Part shown: in pieces, positions 10,043 to 19,567 of the stretch
Layout: the number at the start of each line of letters is the position of its first letter
Position numbering within the stretch: position 1 is the stretch's first letter
Source of the DNA: a virus
Taxonomy: Duplodnaviria > Caudoviricetes
Length of the DNA stretch: 48,648 nucleotides
Reading direction: 5' to 3' (one strand)
IMG/VR virus record: IMGVR_UViG_3300011444_000003
Location: 1 to 48,648 of that record
Notes under the pieces: generated by a model
Databases searched by the model: none
What the model saw: the letters and a program-made list of their open reading frames with translations, nothing else
What the model was told of the DNA's origin: nothing
Position numbers and translations under genes: made by a program

Positions 10043-10780
10043 TCAGTAGATGAAGCGGCCGCCGCCCACGCCGTACCGGGTGGTGTTCGGCGCCTTCTTG
10101 GGCTGCGCCATAGCGCCACGCATGGCCTCGGCGGCGTTGGTCATCTTGGCGACTTCCTGTGCATCGAGGGTCTTGGTCTGGTTGAGGTAGTTCTTGCGGG
10201 CCTGGCTGGTGCCCTTGCCCCCGCCTCCACGGCCACCGCCGCCTCCACGGCCACCGCCACCGCCGCCTCCACCGCCGCCACCGCCGCCGCCGCCCCCAGC
10301 CTGGAGGGCCAACTGCTGCTGGCGCCACTGGTCACGATCCCACTGGTAGGCGTCCTGCCACATGGTCTTCATCATGTCGTTGCGCTGGGAGTCGATGTTG
10401 CCCTCAGCCTGGGCGCCGGCCGAGCGCAGCGTGGCCTGGCGGGCCGAGAGGGCAGCCTCCCGCATGGCGGTCATGAGCGGCGCAGCGCTGGCGCTGGCCG
10501 CCGTGTTGGACTGGAGCATGGCCCGCAACTGGTCAATGCCGCCGGCTCGGCCCATGCCGCCGGTGGCCTGCTGCGCCACGGTGCTGGCCTGGTCGAGCGA
10601 CCCGAGGGCGCCCTGGTACGACTGCTGGAGGGCCTGCGGCATGGCGGCCTGGACGGCAGCCGAACGCTCGTTGCTGGCCTGGAGGTCGGCGAGGGCCAGG
10701 GCCAGTTGGCCCCGGATGCGCTGCGTCTGATCGCCCAGGGAGTTCTGGAACTGGGCGTAGTACATGTCGGAGGCGCTCAC
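10043..10780 (-). CDS. Putative internal virion (ejection) protein, Gln/Ala-rich with poly-Gly tract
   Basis: Composition and synteny. TAGTCT lies 6 nt before the GTG. Confidence 0.55.
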   Translation of the reverse strand: MSASDMYYAQFQNSLGDQTQRIRGQLALALADLQASNERSAAVQAAMPQALQQSYQGALGSLDQASTVAQQATGGMGRAGGIDQLRAMLQSNTAASASAAPLMTAMREAALSARQATLRSAGAQAEGNIDSQRNDMMKTMWQDAYQWDRDQWRQQQLALQAGGGGGGGGGGGGGGGGRGGGGGRGGGGKGTSQARKNYLNQTKTLDAQEVAKMTNAAEAMRGAMAQPKKAPNTTRYGVGGGRFIY

Positions 10781-10799
10781 GCCCCGAGACTAGCCGGGC

Positions 10800-11372
10800 T
10801 CAGACGAGCAGACCGACCGATGCGTACGTGCGCTGGCGGGTGAAGTCGTCCAGTTTGCGCTGGAGCGCCGAGTTCACGTCGCCCGACTGCTGGAGGAAGT
10901 TCGTGGCGGCGTTGTCCCGGGCGCCCGTGGCGGCCGTGCCCCGGTACTGACCGGCGGCGCCGAGCGCCCCCTGCAACTGCGGCATGGTCTGGTTCTGGAA
11001 GGTGTCGGTCATCCGGCTCAGGTTCTGGCCGGTGTCGGCCCGAGCCCGCTGCTCGGCCACGCCCATCTCGGCCAACTGCTGCTGCGACTGGACGTTGGCC
11101 TGCTGGGCCTCGGCGTAGCCCGGGACCTGGAAGGCGTTGATCTGCTGGTTGTCCTTGTAGGACTGGGCCCGACCCCGGGTCTGCTGGGCAGCCGTCATGT
11201 ACATCTGGTACGCCTGGGGGTTGGTGTCCTTGACCGTAGCGGCCAGGCGCTCGTACTCGGCGGCCTGGGCGGTCTCCTGGGACTCGGCGGTGACGTACAT
11301 CCCCATCGCTCGCAGCGCCGGGTTGTCCCAGTAGTTCGGGATGCGGTTCAGCAGGTCCTGCATCGTCGTCAT
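10800..11372 (-). CDS. Putative internal virion (ejection) protein, Gln/Ala-rich
   Basis: Start moved to ATG 11372 because TACGGT lies 7 nt upstream and this removes the overlap with the previous gene. Composition and synteny. Confidence 0.55.
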   Translation of the reverse strand: MTTMQDLLNRIPNYWDNPALRAMGMYVTAESQETAQAAEYERLAATVKDTNPQAYQMYMTAAQQTRGRAQSYKDNQQINAFQVPGYAEAQQANVQSQQQLAEMGVAEQRARADTGQNLSRMTDTFQNQTMPQLQGALGAAGQYRGTAATGARDNAATNFLQQSGDVNSALQRKLDDFTRQRTYASVGLLV

Positions 11373-11373
11373 G

Positions 11374-12015
11374 TCAGCGACCGTACCAGGCGTCCTCGAT
11401 GCCAGGGTACCCCTGGTCACGGGTGCTGAGCACCTGCCGCATCATCTGCCCGATCTCCTTCTCGAACAGGGCCCAGCGCCGCTCGGCCTCCTTGGGGTTG
11501 CCGTCGTCGCCGTAGGCCAGGGAGAGCATCCCGGTCACCAGGATGCGGTGGTACATCTCGGGCCACACGGGCTCGATGGTGGTCGAGAGGGCGGTCGGTC
11601 CGAGCAGGTACTCGATCTTGACGCTCACGGCGTGGTCGGGCACGGGGTAGACGATCATGCTGCCCCCCACGAGCCGGTAGTTCGTGGGCATCCCCTGCTG
11701 GGCGTTGTTCGTGTCGTAGATGGTCAACTGCTGTCGGTCGCCGACGAGTGGCACCAGCGGGAAGTCGTCGGTGGTGTTCCAGGCGTTCTGGATGGTGAGC
11801 ACGTCGCCGGGGAGGGCGGCGGTGGCCGTGCCCTGGGCGAACGCCAGTGTGCCGGCCGCCACGACCTCCAGCCAGGGCCAGACGGCGCTGGCGGCGTTGA
11901 CGAAGGCGTAGCAGGTGTTCAGGTACTCCGACCACTCGGCCGGCGAGATCACGTTGTTGGACGGGTCCTTGAACCGGGAACCGGCCGTGGTGACGAGGGC
12001 GTCGTGGGTGGTCAC
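11374..12015 (-). CDS. Head-tail adaptor / tail tubular protein A-like
   Basis: 213 aa with WPWL, LPGD, P..Y...G...VYPVPD and P..YH..LV motifs typical of podoviral adaptors. Synteny. Confidence 0.65.
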   Translation of the reverse strand: MTTHDALVTTAGSRFKDPSNNVISPAEWSEYLNTCYAFVNAASAVWPWLEVVAAGTLAFAQGTATAALPGDVLTIQNAWNTTDDFPLVPLVGDRQQLTIYDTNNAQQGMPTNYRLVGGSMIVYPVPDHAVSVKIEYLLGPTALSTTIEPVWPEMYHRILVTGMLSLAYGDDGNPKEAERRWALFEKEIGQMMRQVLSTRDQGYPGIEDAWYGR

Positions 12016-12019
12016 GGCC

Positions 12020-13549
12020 TCACCCTAGTCCCCGGCCAGGAGCGAAGCCGATGCGCAGGCGCTCGATGGTTGCCGCCTCGGTCTGCGTGCCGTTCGTGTT
12101 CCAGTCGATCTTGATGTACTGGTACGCCGAGCCCAGGTTGGGGAACTGGAAGGTAATCTTGCCGTGCTGGTTGGCGGCGAATGTCGGCCCCGTGCGGGCG
12201 ACCGAGTTGGCCCCGTTCTGGTCGAAGCGGGTCACCGTCATGTTGTTCACCGAGGCAGCGTGGGTCTGGAAGTAGACCTCGACCTCCCGCAGGCGGGTGT
12301 CCTCGCCGGACTTGGGCACGAACGGGGCCGAGGTCCACATGCACTGCGGCGAGCGGAAGACCCCGTCGCCGACGGGCTGGTACTCGTACATCGTGGCGTC
12401 GGCGGCCTCGGCCAGGCTGGCGCCCCAGATCCGGCCTCGGGTGTGGTCGGCCACCCAGAGGTCGAGGTTGTCGGCCAGGTTGGGGAGGATCGAGAAGATG
12501 GCGCCGGTGACCATGTCCCGCACGAGGTTGGCCCCGAGGAACAGGTAGTCGCCGATGAACGCCGTCATGCCGACGGTGCCGTTGCCGGTGGGCTCCAACT
12601 TCAGGCGGTCGAACTGGGTCCACCGCACGTTCTTGCCGACGTCGTCGAAGTTGCGGCCGTCGGTGATGTAGATGCTCCCGTTGTCGGCGATGAACGCCAT
12701 GCCGCCCGGAACGCTGGTGGGCACGACTGGCCGGCGGCCGGCGGGGTGCGCCCCCGAGAGTTCCCGGACGACGGTGTTGGGGCTGGAGATGTCGCCGGTG
12801 ATCGACACCCACGGAGCCCCGGCCTTGCCGACCAGGATGTCCGACGGCTCCGTGCCGGCCAGGGCGGTGATGACCGCACCCGGGCCCGACGGGGTCACGT
12901 CGAGGAACTGGTTGGTCGCCCCCACGTCGCCGACGTTCGAGTAGAACAACTGGCTCGACTCCTCCTGGGCGTACAGCCAGCGGCCCTGGTTGACGATCAG
13001 GCCGGTGGGCTTGGCCACCTGGATCAGGGTCACGGCGCCGTCAGAGTACCGGATCTTGTAGATGCCGGGGCCGGTGGCGCCCGAGCCGCCGTAGTTGAGC
13101 CCGAGCAGCATGTACCGGGTGCCCCCGGCGTCGACGAAGGGCACGAGGAACGACTGGCTCCAGGAGCCGGCCGTGTTCGTGGCGAAGGTGAAGGACATGA
13201 GGGACCAGGTCGTGTCCGAGTTGGTCTCGTCCATGCGGTAGAGCCGGATCGTCGAGTCGGACTCGTCGTACTTGACCACGTAGCGATCCTGGCTCAGGCC
13301 CGAAACGGTGCGGTGCGGGATGCCGAAGTGGCCGCCGATGGCGATGATCTGGTTGCCCGTGCTCATGTCCATTCCGGTGGTCACGATGTTGCCGTCGTCG
13401 GCGAAGGCCCGCAGGCCGCCCTCCTTCAGCGGGTAGCAGTCCTGCATGACCTGGCTGGCGTTGTGCGGCATCGTCCCGGCGTTGCGGGTGTGCACGCCGG
13501 GGGTCCAGTCGCTGATCTCCAGCCAGTTGAGGTGGGAGGAGTTAGGCAT
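12020..13549 (-). CDS. Tail nozzle / stabilisation protein (beta-propeller-like)
   Basis: 509 aa, beta-rich, N-terminal DWTPG...P.NAS..MQD.YP...GGL pattern. Adjacent to the adaptor. Confidence 0.55.
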   Translation of the reverse strand: MPNSSHLNWLEISDWTPGVHTRNAGTMPHNASQVMQDCYPLKEGGLRAFADDGNIVTTGMDMSTGNQIIAIGGHFGIPHRTVSGLSQDRYVVKYDESDSTIRLYRMDETNSDTTWSLMSFTFATNTAGSWSQSFLVPFVDAGGTRYMLLGLNYGGSGATGPGIYKIRYSDGAVTLIQVAKPTGLIVNQGRWLYAQEESSQLFYSNVGDVGATNQFLDVTPSGPGAVITALAGTEPSDILVGKAGAPWVSITGDISSPNTVVRELSGAHPAGRRPVVPTSVPGGMAFIADNGSIYITDGRNFDDVGKNVRWTQFDRLKLEPTGNGTVGMTAFIGDYLFLGANLVRDMVTGAIFSILPNLADNLDLWVADHTRGRIWGASLAEAADATMYEYQPVGDGVFRSPQCMWTSAPFVPKSGEDTRLREVEVYFQTHAASVNNMTVTRFDQNGANSVARTGPTFAANQHGKITFQFPNLGSAYQYIKIDWNTNGTQTEAATIERLRIGFAPGRGLG

Positions 13550-14052
13550 CAGCCCGTCCGCTGAAAGTCGACCGTCGCATCCCAGACGGCCTTAGCGGCC
13601 ACGTTCATCCAGACCTTGTGGCTCCCGTGAACGAACGTCGTCCAGAGCCGGTAGTCCGAGCCATTGGCCGAGATCCCTCTGGCGTAGGCCGAGGCGCAGA
13701 GCATCTCGTCAGCGCAGGCGTCGGAGGCCCGGGCGTGCCAGACCGAGTTCAACTGCCAGCCGCCCCGGTCCCACGAGCCATCGGCGACCGAGCCCGGGTT
13801 GCGCACGAGGTTCCGGGCGTTGTCCACGCCGTGGGACTCGGCCCAGATCACGGCCAGGCCGGTGACCGGGTCGAGGTAGTGCAGCCGCACGAGGACGTAC
13901 GCCCACTCGTACATCGAGTGGATATGGGGGTTGGGGTTGACGTGGGGCGGGTTCCCGCCGTGGTAGCCGTAGTCAGGCTGGGGCGGCACGCAGGCGGCCA
14001 CGACGGCCACGGCCGTCACGAGCAGGAGCCAGCGGCGGAAGCGGGTGAGCAT
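13549..14052 (-). CDS. Lipoprotein lytic transglycosylase (lysozyme-like/SLT)
   Basis: Lipobox VAAC. AES catalytic motif, DRGGWQLNS.WH and IS.NG.DY..W, typical of SLT-like domains. Confidence 0.75.
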   Translation of the reverse strand: MLTRFRRWLLLVTAVAVVAACVPPQPDYGYHGGNPPHVNPNPHIHSMYEWAYVLVRLHYLDPVTGLAVIWAESHGVDNARNLVRNPGSVADGSWDRGGWQLNSVWHARASDACADEMLCASAYARGISANGSDYRLWTTFVHGSHKVWMNVAAKAVWDATVDFQRTG

Positions 14053-14061
14053 GGCCGCAGC

Positions 14062-14550
14062 CTACCGCTTCAGGTCGGCGTCGTCCCTCGTGCCCGGCAT
14101 GCCTCGGAAGACGTTGCGGGGGTTGTTCAGGTCGTGGGCCAACTTCAGGTAGTGCTCCATCATCTCGCCCTGCACGTCCTGGTACTGCCGGCTGAGGTCG
14201 GCCTCCTTGGCCTCGTTGGCCGCATCGATGCGGTCGAGCACGTCCGTGTGGCCGGGGCGGCCGGGGTCCATCGCCACCAGGTCGCTGAGGATCTGAGGCA
14301 GGTCGCTTGGCTGCCAGCGGCCAATCACGACGTCACGGCCCTCCTCGGTGTGACGCCAGACCTCCAGCAGGCGGGCGACGATGTCGCCCTTGCGGTGGAT
14401 CTTGTTGTCCTGCGGGTACCAGCCCGTCTCGGGCGCCTCCAGGTAGGCCAGTTGCAGCCACAGCCGGGGGTCGCCCGGCCAGCCCTTCGTGGGCTCGCCC
14501 TCCCGCAGTTGGCGGTCGAGCACGGTCCACTCCAGCGGCAGGTCAGACAT
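14062..14550 (-). CDS. Hypothetical protein downstream of capsid gene
   Basis: Clean ORF. TATGGT lies 6 nt before the ATG. Confidence 0.7.
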   Translation of the reverse strand: MSDLPLEWTVLDRQLREGEPTKGWPGDPRLWLQLAYLEAPETGWYPQDNKIHRKGDIVARLLEVWRHTEEGRDVVIGRWQPSDLPQILSDLVAMDPGRPGHTDVLDRIDAANEAKEADLSRQYQDVQGEMMEHYLKLAHDLNNPRNVFRGMPGTRDDADLKR

Positions 14551-14564
14551 GGACCCACCATAGC

Positions 14565-14597
14565 GAAAGGGCCGCCCCCCGGAAGGGACGGCCTCTC
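14565..14597 (-). terminator. Intrinsic terminator after major capsid gene
   Basis: Minus-strand GC-rich stem AGGCCGTCCC/GGGGCGGCCC followed by TTTC. Confidence 0.6.
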
Positions 14598-14666
14598 CGC
14601 TGCGTCAATCGGGTCCGTGCGCCCGGACCTACCGGGATTCAAGTCCCCGATGCTGACCAGTGTAGG

Positions 14667-15893
14667 TCAGAAGGTGGGCTCGGCCACCGTGAACTGGACG
14701 TGGGCGTTCCGGGTGACCGCCTCCAGGTTGAAGTAGGACTTGTACCGAGCCTCGACGGCGTCGGAGTTGTCCAGGGCCTTGTACAGGACCCGGCCGTCGT
14801 CCTCGTCCCACTCCCAGTCGAGGCCGATGAACCACTCCATGTCCCGGCTGGTGATGCCAAAGCCCTTCAGGGCGGGGCAGTACCGGTCGACCAGGAGGAC
14901 TCCCTGCGCAACCGCAAGGCCCTTCCAGCCCGAGGTCAGGGTCATCTCCCGGCCCTCGTACCGCTTCTGGGTCTGGAGCAGCGAGGCCAACTTGCGCCGC
15001 TGGACGTGCTCGAAGATGTACAGGTTCGGGGTGGACCCGTCGCCGTCCGTCTCGACCTTCTCCTGACCCTCCTCCAGGAGGACCTCGGAGATGCCGGTCG
15101 AGGTGGACCCCACAGCCAGGCCGTTCCAGACCGGGTTGGAGGCCGCCGTGATGCCGGCGTAGTTCTGGGTGCCCGTGACGAACGGCAGGCCGTTGATCTC
15201 GGTCTCGCCCGAGGCGTAGTTGCCGGCCCGGAACAGGAGGTTGGTGGACACCGTCGAGCCGATGGCGTCGACCGTGATCGTGGTCGGGCTGACCGCCGTG
15301 ATGGTCATGCCGGCCTGGGCGATGGCCCCGGTGGCGACCGTGACGGCGTCGATCTTCTCGCCGACGAAGAAGTGGCGGGTGCCGTTCGACGGGAGGGTCG
15401 TGTTGTCCGGGTAGTTCACCGTGATGACGTTGCCGGCGGGGGCCCCGTTGACTCGCCCGAGGGCGCCGTTCACGAGGACCGAGTTGATCGTCTGGGCCGT
15501 GTTGAAGATCTGGCGGGCCAGGTCGTTCTTCACGTCCTTCTCGGCGCCCCGCAGTTCCGACTCCAGGGCCCGGGTGAAGGCGCCGGTGTCGTTGCGGGTC
15601 AGGTGCTTGGCCGGGCCCGACACCTTGATGGTGTGGTACATGAAGGACAGGTTGTCCCTCGGGCCGATGTACGACTGGCGGTCCGCCGAAGGCAGGGCGC
15701 CCAGTTCGCCTCGGCTACCGGTCGAGGTCGAGCGCTGCGAGTGGACCGACCAGACCGCCTGGCGACCGACGATGTCCTCCCGGTTGAACCGCAGTTCGGT
15801 GAGGACGGGGTTGGAGTTGTTGATCGACTCCCGGAGCCCAGGACCGTAGTTGTCCTTCAGGGCCGCATCGAAGTTGGCGAGGGACTGGGGCAT
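14667..15893 (-). CDS. Major capsid protein
   Basis: 408 aa, downstream of portal and scaffold. MPQSLANFDAALK.NY start, GSRGE.G.LP and INGL motifs, ends at a terminator. Confidence 0.85.
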   Translation of the reverse strand: MPQSLANFDAALKDNYGPGLRESINNSNPVLTELRFNREDIVGRQAVWSVHSQRSTSTGSRGELGALPSADRQSYIGPRDNLSFMYHTIKVSGPAKHLTRNDTGAFTRALESELRGAEKDVKNDLARQIFNTAQTINSVLVNGALGRVNGAPAGNVITVNYPDNTTLPSNGTRHFFVGEKIDAVTVATGAIAQAGMTITAVSPTTITVDAIGSTVSTNLLFRAGNYASGETEINGLPFVTGTQNYAGITAASNPVWNGLAVGSTSTGISEVLLEEGQEKVETDGDGSTPNLYIFEHVQRRKLASLLQTQKRYEGREMTLTSGWKGLAVAQGVLLVDRYCPALKGFGITSRDMEWFIGLDWEWDEDDGRVLYKALDNSDAVEARYKSYFNLEAVTRNAHVQFTVAEPTF

Positions 15894-15905
15894 GCCGCTG
15901 ACCGT

Positions 15906-15930
15906 AGCATCGCCCTTCAGGGGCGATGCT
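15906..15930. promoter_or_regulatory. Perfect 10-bp inverted repeat abutting the capsid gene -10 box
   Basis: AGCATCGCCC-ttcag-GGGCGATGCT. TACGGT is at 15906-15901 on the minus strand. Confidence 0.5.
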
Positions 15931-15936
15931 CAGCGA

Positions 15937-16773
15937 TCAGGACTGCTGCCACCAACCTTCGGCCTTGGCCTTCTCACGCACCTGCCGCATGGCGTCGTCG
16001 AGGCTCTTGGGCCTGGCGGTGGGCTGGGTGACCTCGCCCGGCGACTGGCTGTGGCCGCCGATGTTGCGGGGCAGCGAGTCACGCACGCCCTGCTTGGCCA
16101 GGAGGTACTTCTCGGCCTCGGCCTGCACGATGGAGTTCCAGTCGGCGTGGCCCCGGCGGACGGCGTTGGCGATCACCTCGGGGTCCCACTCGTCCGGGGC
16201 GATGTACGCCTGGGCGAGCGTGATGACGCCCTGCTTGGTCGCATCGTCCTGGACGCCGAGCGCCTGGAGTGCACCGACGGCGGCGTGGGTGGCCTGCTCG
16301 AAGCGCTGGCGCTCCTGGGACTCCTCGAAGGACTCCTCGACCGGGCGCACCCGGCGCTCGATCTCCCGCTCCATCCAGGCTCGCATCTGCTCCTTGGTGA
16401 GTGGCTCGTCGTCGGGCACGTCAGCCAGCGGGTCCGGCTCCTCCTCGGCCTCCCAGTTGAACAGGGACTCGATGACGTCCCGCTCGAAGCCGAGGCCCCG
16501 GAGCGCCTCGACGGCGGCGACCGTCAGGCCCTCCTCGGTGCCCCACGCCTCGACGGCAGCCTGCCGCTGGCGGACGGCCTCGACCCCGCCGTACTCGGCG
16601 AACGGGTCGTCGACCACGGGCGCCGGCAGGCCGGGAGTGCTGGGCTGGCCGGTCGTCGGGCTCGGGGCCTGGAAGATCTCTGCGGGCGGCTCTTGTGAGC
16701 CGGGCTCGGCGGGAGGGGTGTGGCTGTCGAGAACGTCTGCTGGCGTCTCGTACGCCGGGTTGTTCGAGGGCAT
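15937..16773 (-). CDS. Capsid scaffolding protein
   Basis: Acidic and Pro-rich, then helical. Lies between portal and capsid. SD AGGAG. Confidence 0.7.
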   Translation of the reverse strand: MPSNNPAYETPADVLDSHTPPAEPGSQEPPAEIFQAPSPTTGQPSTPGLPAPVVDDPFAEYGGVEAVRQRQAAVEAWGTEEGLTVAAVEALRGLGFERDVIESLFNWEAEEEPDPLADVPDDEPLTKEQMRAWMEREIERRVRPVEESFEESQERQRFEQATHAAVGALQALGVQDDATKQGVITLAQAYIAPDEWDPEVIANAVRRGHADWNSIVQAEAEKYLLAKQGVRDSLPRNIGGHSQSPGEVTQPTARPKSLDDAMRQVREKAKAEGWWQQS

Positions 16774-16814
16774 GTCGTCTCCTGACGGGTGTGGGAATGG
16801 CTACGGGAGGGACC

Positions 16815-18953
16815 TTAGCCGCCCATGCTGGCGGCCTGATTGTCAGCCGGCACGCCGGGGACACGGCCAGGCTGGCCAGTGCCCCCGATGCCGGCGGCGT
16901 TGTAGATCCCCTCGTCAGTGACGGGGGACGGCTGCTGGCCGCTGGCGGACATCAGGGGGTCCGGCGTGGTGCCGGTCATGAAGTCCGTCATGTAGTGGCC
17001 CGAGTTCTGCGCAGCGCCGACGGACCCACGGGCGCCCCGGGCGCCGATGGCCGCCGCAGCGCCGGCCGCATCGGGCTGGCTCGGGCCGAGGCTGGACACG
17101 GGCTGGGGGATGCCGGCCTGGCGCAGCACGAGGCTCTCGTGGACAGCGGCGTGGGCGTCGATGCGAGCCCGGATCGTCTCGGGCAGGCGCTCGTACTCCT
17201 CCGTCTTGCGGAAGCGGTTGATCTGGGCCAGGTGGATGGCGTGGTCGTCGTAGGGGGCGACCTCGCAGTCCTCGCCCTTCAGCAGCAAGGCCAACTCACG
17301 GCGCTGCTTGCGGGTGTCCAGGTCCATGTCCCGGATGATGAAGTCCGTGCCGGGCAGTTCGAGGATGCGCAGCAGGTCCTGGTTGTTCGGGATGACGCCA
17401 CGGGCGTGCAACTCCAGGCCCAACTGGACCCGGGCCGCCTTCGACTTGGGCAGGGCCGACTCGCTCGACACCCGGACGTCGTAGCCACCGTCGAGGTTGG
17501 CGCCCTCGTAGCGGTAGACATCGATGCCCCCGCCCTCCTCGGAGTACACCCGGATGGTGCGCTCCTCGGTCCAGTACTGGCGAGTCAGGCCGAGCACCTG
17601 CTCGCCGACCTCCTTGATGAACTGGGCGAGCATGGTGGCAGTGACGGCCAACTTCGTGTCGTCCGCCTCCTGCAAGGCGAGGATGGCAGCGGCCGGCGTG
17701 CTTGCACCGGCCTGCCCGGCGCTGGCCTCGTTTACACCGGCCCGCTGGCCGAGTTCGCCGTCGGCCCGAGCCATGACGGCCTCCTGCTGCTGCATCCACC
17801 CGGAGTCGGGGGACAGCCAGGTCGGGGGCTGGCCGGTCGGGGCGTAGGGGATGCCCTCGATGCGGGTGGTGACCCGGCTCATGTCGATCGAGCCCGTCGG
17901 GTAGAGCAACTTCGGCACGAGCGTGCGCCGGATGGTCGCCTCCCTGGAGCGGGCGTCGTTGTAGTCCTCCTGCATGGGGATCAGGTCGTCCACCCAGGTG
18001 CGGCCCCGGAGGGTGCCAAGCGGGGGCAGCCAGTTCATCTGGGCGAACGGGAGCCGGCCGTGCTCGAAGGGGAAGTCCCGGCGGGGCTCCAGGATGGTGT
18101 TGCCGGACCAGGTGATGGTCATGCCCTTGGGGGCCGCCCGGCTGGTCAGCATCCACATCTGGTGGACGGCCACGCTGGAGCCGCCCTCGTCCTTCTGGCT
18201 GAGGTGCGCCATCTGGAGCACCTCCTCGACCATGCTGCGGGCCTCGGGCTCGCCGGGGATCTCGACGCCCCACGTCTCCCAGAGCGCCTCACGGCTCATC
18301 ACCGTGGTGCGGATGGCCCAGCGGGCCTTGTCCATGCTGAGCGCCGATGGGTCGACGCTGAGTTCGTTGGCGGGCACGATGTCGTACTCGATGTCGCCCA
18401 TGCGGATCGGCCGGCCGTCCTCGTCCTCGGCCAGGGTGGACCCGGCGTCGGGCTCCCAGTAGATATGGGCGTAGGACCAGCCGAACGTGGCGGGCCAGAA
18501 CAGGAACTCGGTGAGCCAGGCCCTCCAGCCCAGGCGGTCGAACTCGTGCGCCATGATGCGAGTGGCGACCCGGGCGGCGGCCACGTCCTTCTCGTCGTCG
18601 GAGACAGGGCGAGCCTCGGGCAGCGGGGCGCTCTTGGTCAACTTCGAGACGATGCGCTCGACGAGCCCGCCGATCTTGTTGACCGTGATGCGCACGGGGG
18701 CGTTCGGGTCGCTCGCTCGGGGGGCGCTGACCCGGCGTAGAGTCTTGGCCGAGGTGTCCCACGTCAGCCACTGGTGGCCGAGCACGAAGGACAGGTTCAA
18801 CTTCATCTGGTACTCGGGCAGCGGGGTGCGCCCGGCCTTGCGCTTGCGCTCCAGCCAGCCGACTAGTTCCTTCTCGTCCGAAGGGATGATGAACTCGGAC
18901 TTGCCCGAGGACGTGGGCCGACCCCGCATGGAGTCGAGGAAGGACACAGCCAT
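16815..18953 (-). CDS. Portal protein
   Basis: 712 aa. ITVNKI, DLIPMQEDYN and AI..LQE motifs of P22-like portals. Lies between TerL and scaffold. Confidence 0.85.
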   Translation of the reverse strand: MAVSFLDSMRGRPTSSGKSEFIIPSDEKELVGWLERKRKAGRTPLPEYQMKLNLSFVLGHQWLTWDTSAKTLRRVSAPRASDPNAPVRITVNKIGGLVERIVSKLTKSAPLPEARPVSDDEKDVAAARVATRIMAHEFDRLGWRAWLTEFLFWPATFGWSYAHIYWEPDAGSTLAEDEDGRPIRMGDIEYDIVPANELSVDPSALSMDKARWAIRTTVMSREALWETWGVEIPGEPEARSMVEEVLQMAHLSQKDEGGSSVAVHQMWMLTSRAAPKGMTITWSGNTILEPRRDFPFEHGRLPFAQMNWLPPLGTLRGRTWVDDLIPMQEDYNDARSREATIRRTLVPKLLYPTGSIDMSRVTTRIEGIPYAPTGQPPTWLSPDSGWMQQQEAVMARADGELGQRAGVNEASAGQAGASTPAAAILALQEADDTKLAVTATMLAQFIKEVGEQVLGLTRQYWTEERTIRVYSEEGGGIDVYRYEGANLDGGYDVRVSSESALPKSKAARVQLGLELHARGVIPNNQDLLRILELPGTDFIIRDMDLDTRKQRRELALLLKGEDCEVAPYDDHAIHLAQINRFRKTEEYERLPETIRARIDAHAAVHESLVLRQAGIPQPVSSLGPSQPDAAGAAAAIGARGARGSVGAAQNSGHYMTDFMTGTTPDPLMSASGQQPSPVTDEGIYNAAGIGGTGQPGRVPGVPADNQAASMGG

Positions 18954-18962
18954 GCCCGGACC

Positions 18963-19211
18963 TTACTCTGCGGGTTCGGAGACGAGGCCGGACCCCGTGG
19001 CCGAGTGGCGCCACTCCCTCTCGTCGGGCTCCCAGGCTGGCATGGCGACGTGCGCCTTGTACTGCTCCAGGGTACCGGCCTGGACTCGGTCCTGAAGGTC
19101 GGCGATGCGGGCGTAGCCCTGGGAGCGGTCCTGGAGCAGGGCCAGGGCGAGACCCCAGCCGACTCCAGCGAGCACGGCGAGCACGGCGGCGAGGATGGCG
19201 AGGGCGATCAC
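18963..19211 (-). CDS. Small membrane protein
   Basis: Hydrophobic N-terminus. GTGA coupling with the upstream gene. Confidence 0.6.
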   Translation of the reverse strand: MIALAILAAVLAVLAGVGWGLALALLQDRSQGYARIADLQDRVQAGTLEQYKAHVAMPAWEPDEREWRHSATGSGLVSEPAE

Positions 19212-19558
19212 TCGGCCGCCTTGACCCGGGCCTGGCCGGCCAGGGCACGCCCGAAGGCTTCGAGGTCGGCGGTGAGGGCGGCGTTCTCAGCGGCGAGCCG
19301 CTCGATCTCGTGGTCCCGCCAGGCCAGGTCCTCCTGGTACTGCTGGGCGATGGCATCGGCGTCCTCGACGAAGGTCCAGCCCATCACCTCGCCCATCTCC
19401 TGTAGGGCGACCTTGCCGAGGAACAGGGTGCCCTCGCCCTCGATGAGGACGCCGGTGTCGATGCCCTCCTCGTTGCGGCCGTAGATGTAGTCGGAGCCCT
19501 TGGCGTGGACGTAGGAGGGCATGGTCTTCTGGAACAGGCCGTGGATGCGGACGGTCAT
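19208..19558 (-). CDS. Hypothetical protein with C-terminal coiled coil
   Basis: SD GAGGAG, clean ORF. Confidence 0.65.
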   Translation of the reverse strand: MTVRIHGLFQKTMPSYVHAKGSDYIYGRNEEGIDTGVLIEGEGTLFLGKVALQEMGEVMGWTFVEDADAIAQQYQEDLAWRDHEIERLAAENAALTADLEAFGRALAGQARVKAAE

Positions 19559-19567
19559 GGTGTCTCC

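Noticed and set aside
3567-10049. 2,160-aa plus-strand ORF and other long antisense ORFs (e.g. 12164..13564, 16695..18740, 23021..25783, 41656..43254)
   Set aside because: These are shadow frames of high-GC minus-strand genes, with no motifs or start signals.
10215-10300. GGC/GGT/GGA microsatellite as a regulatory or contingency repeat
   Set aside because: It is an in-frame, codon-mixed poly-Gly linker within a virion protein gene.
14633-14650. tRNA (T-arm-like GGGATTCAAGTCCCC on the plus strand)
   Set aside because: I could not build an acceptor, D or anticodon arm around it, and the G53-C61 pair is missing.
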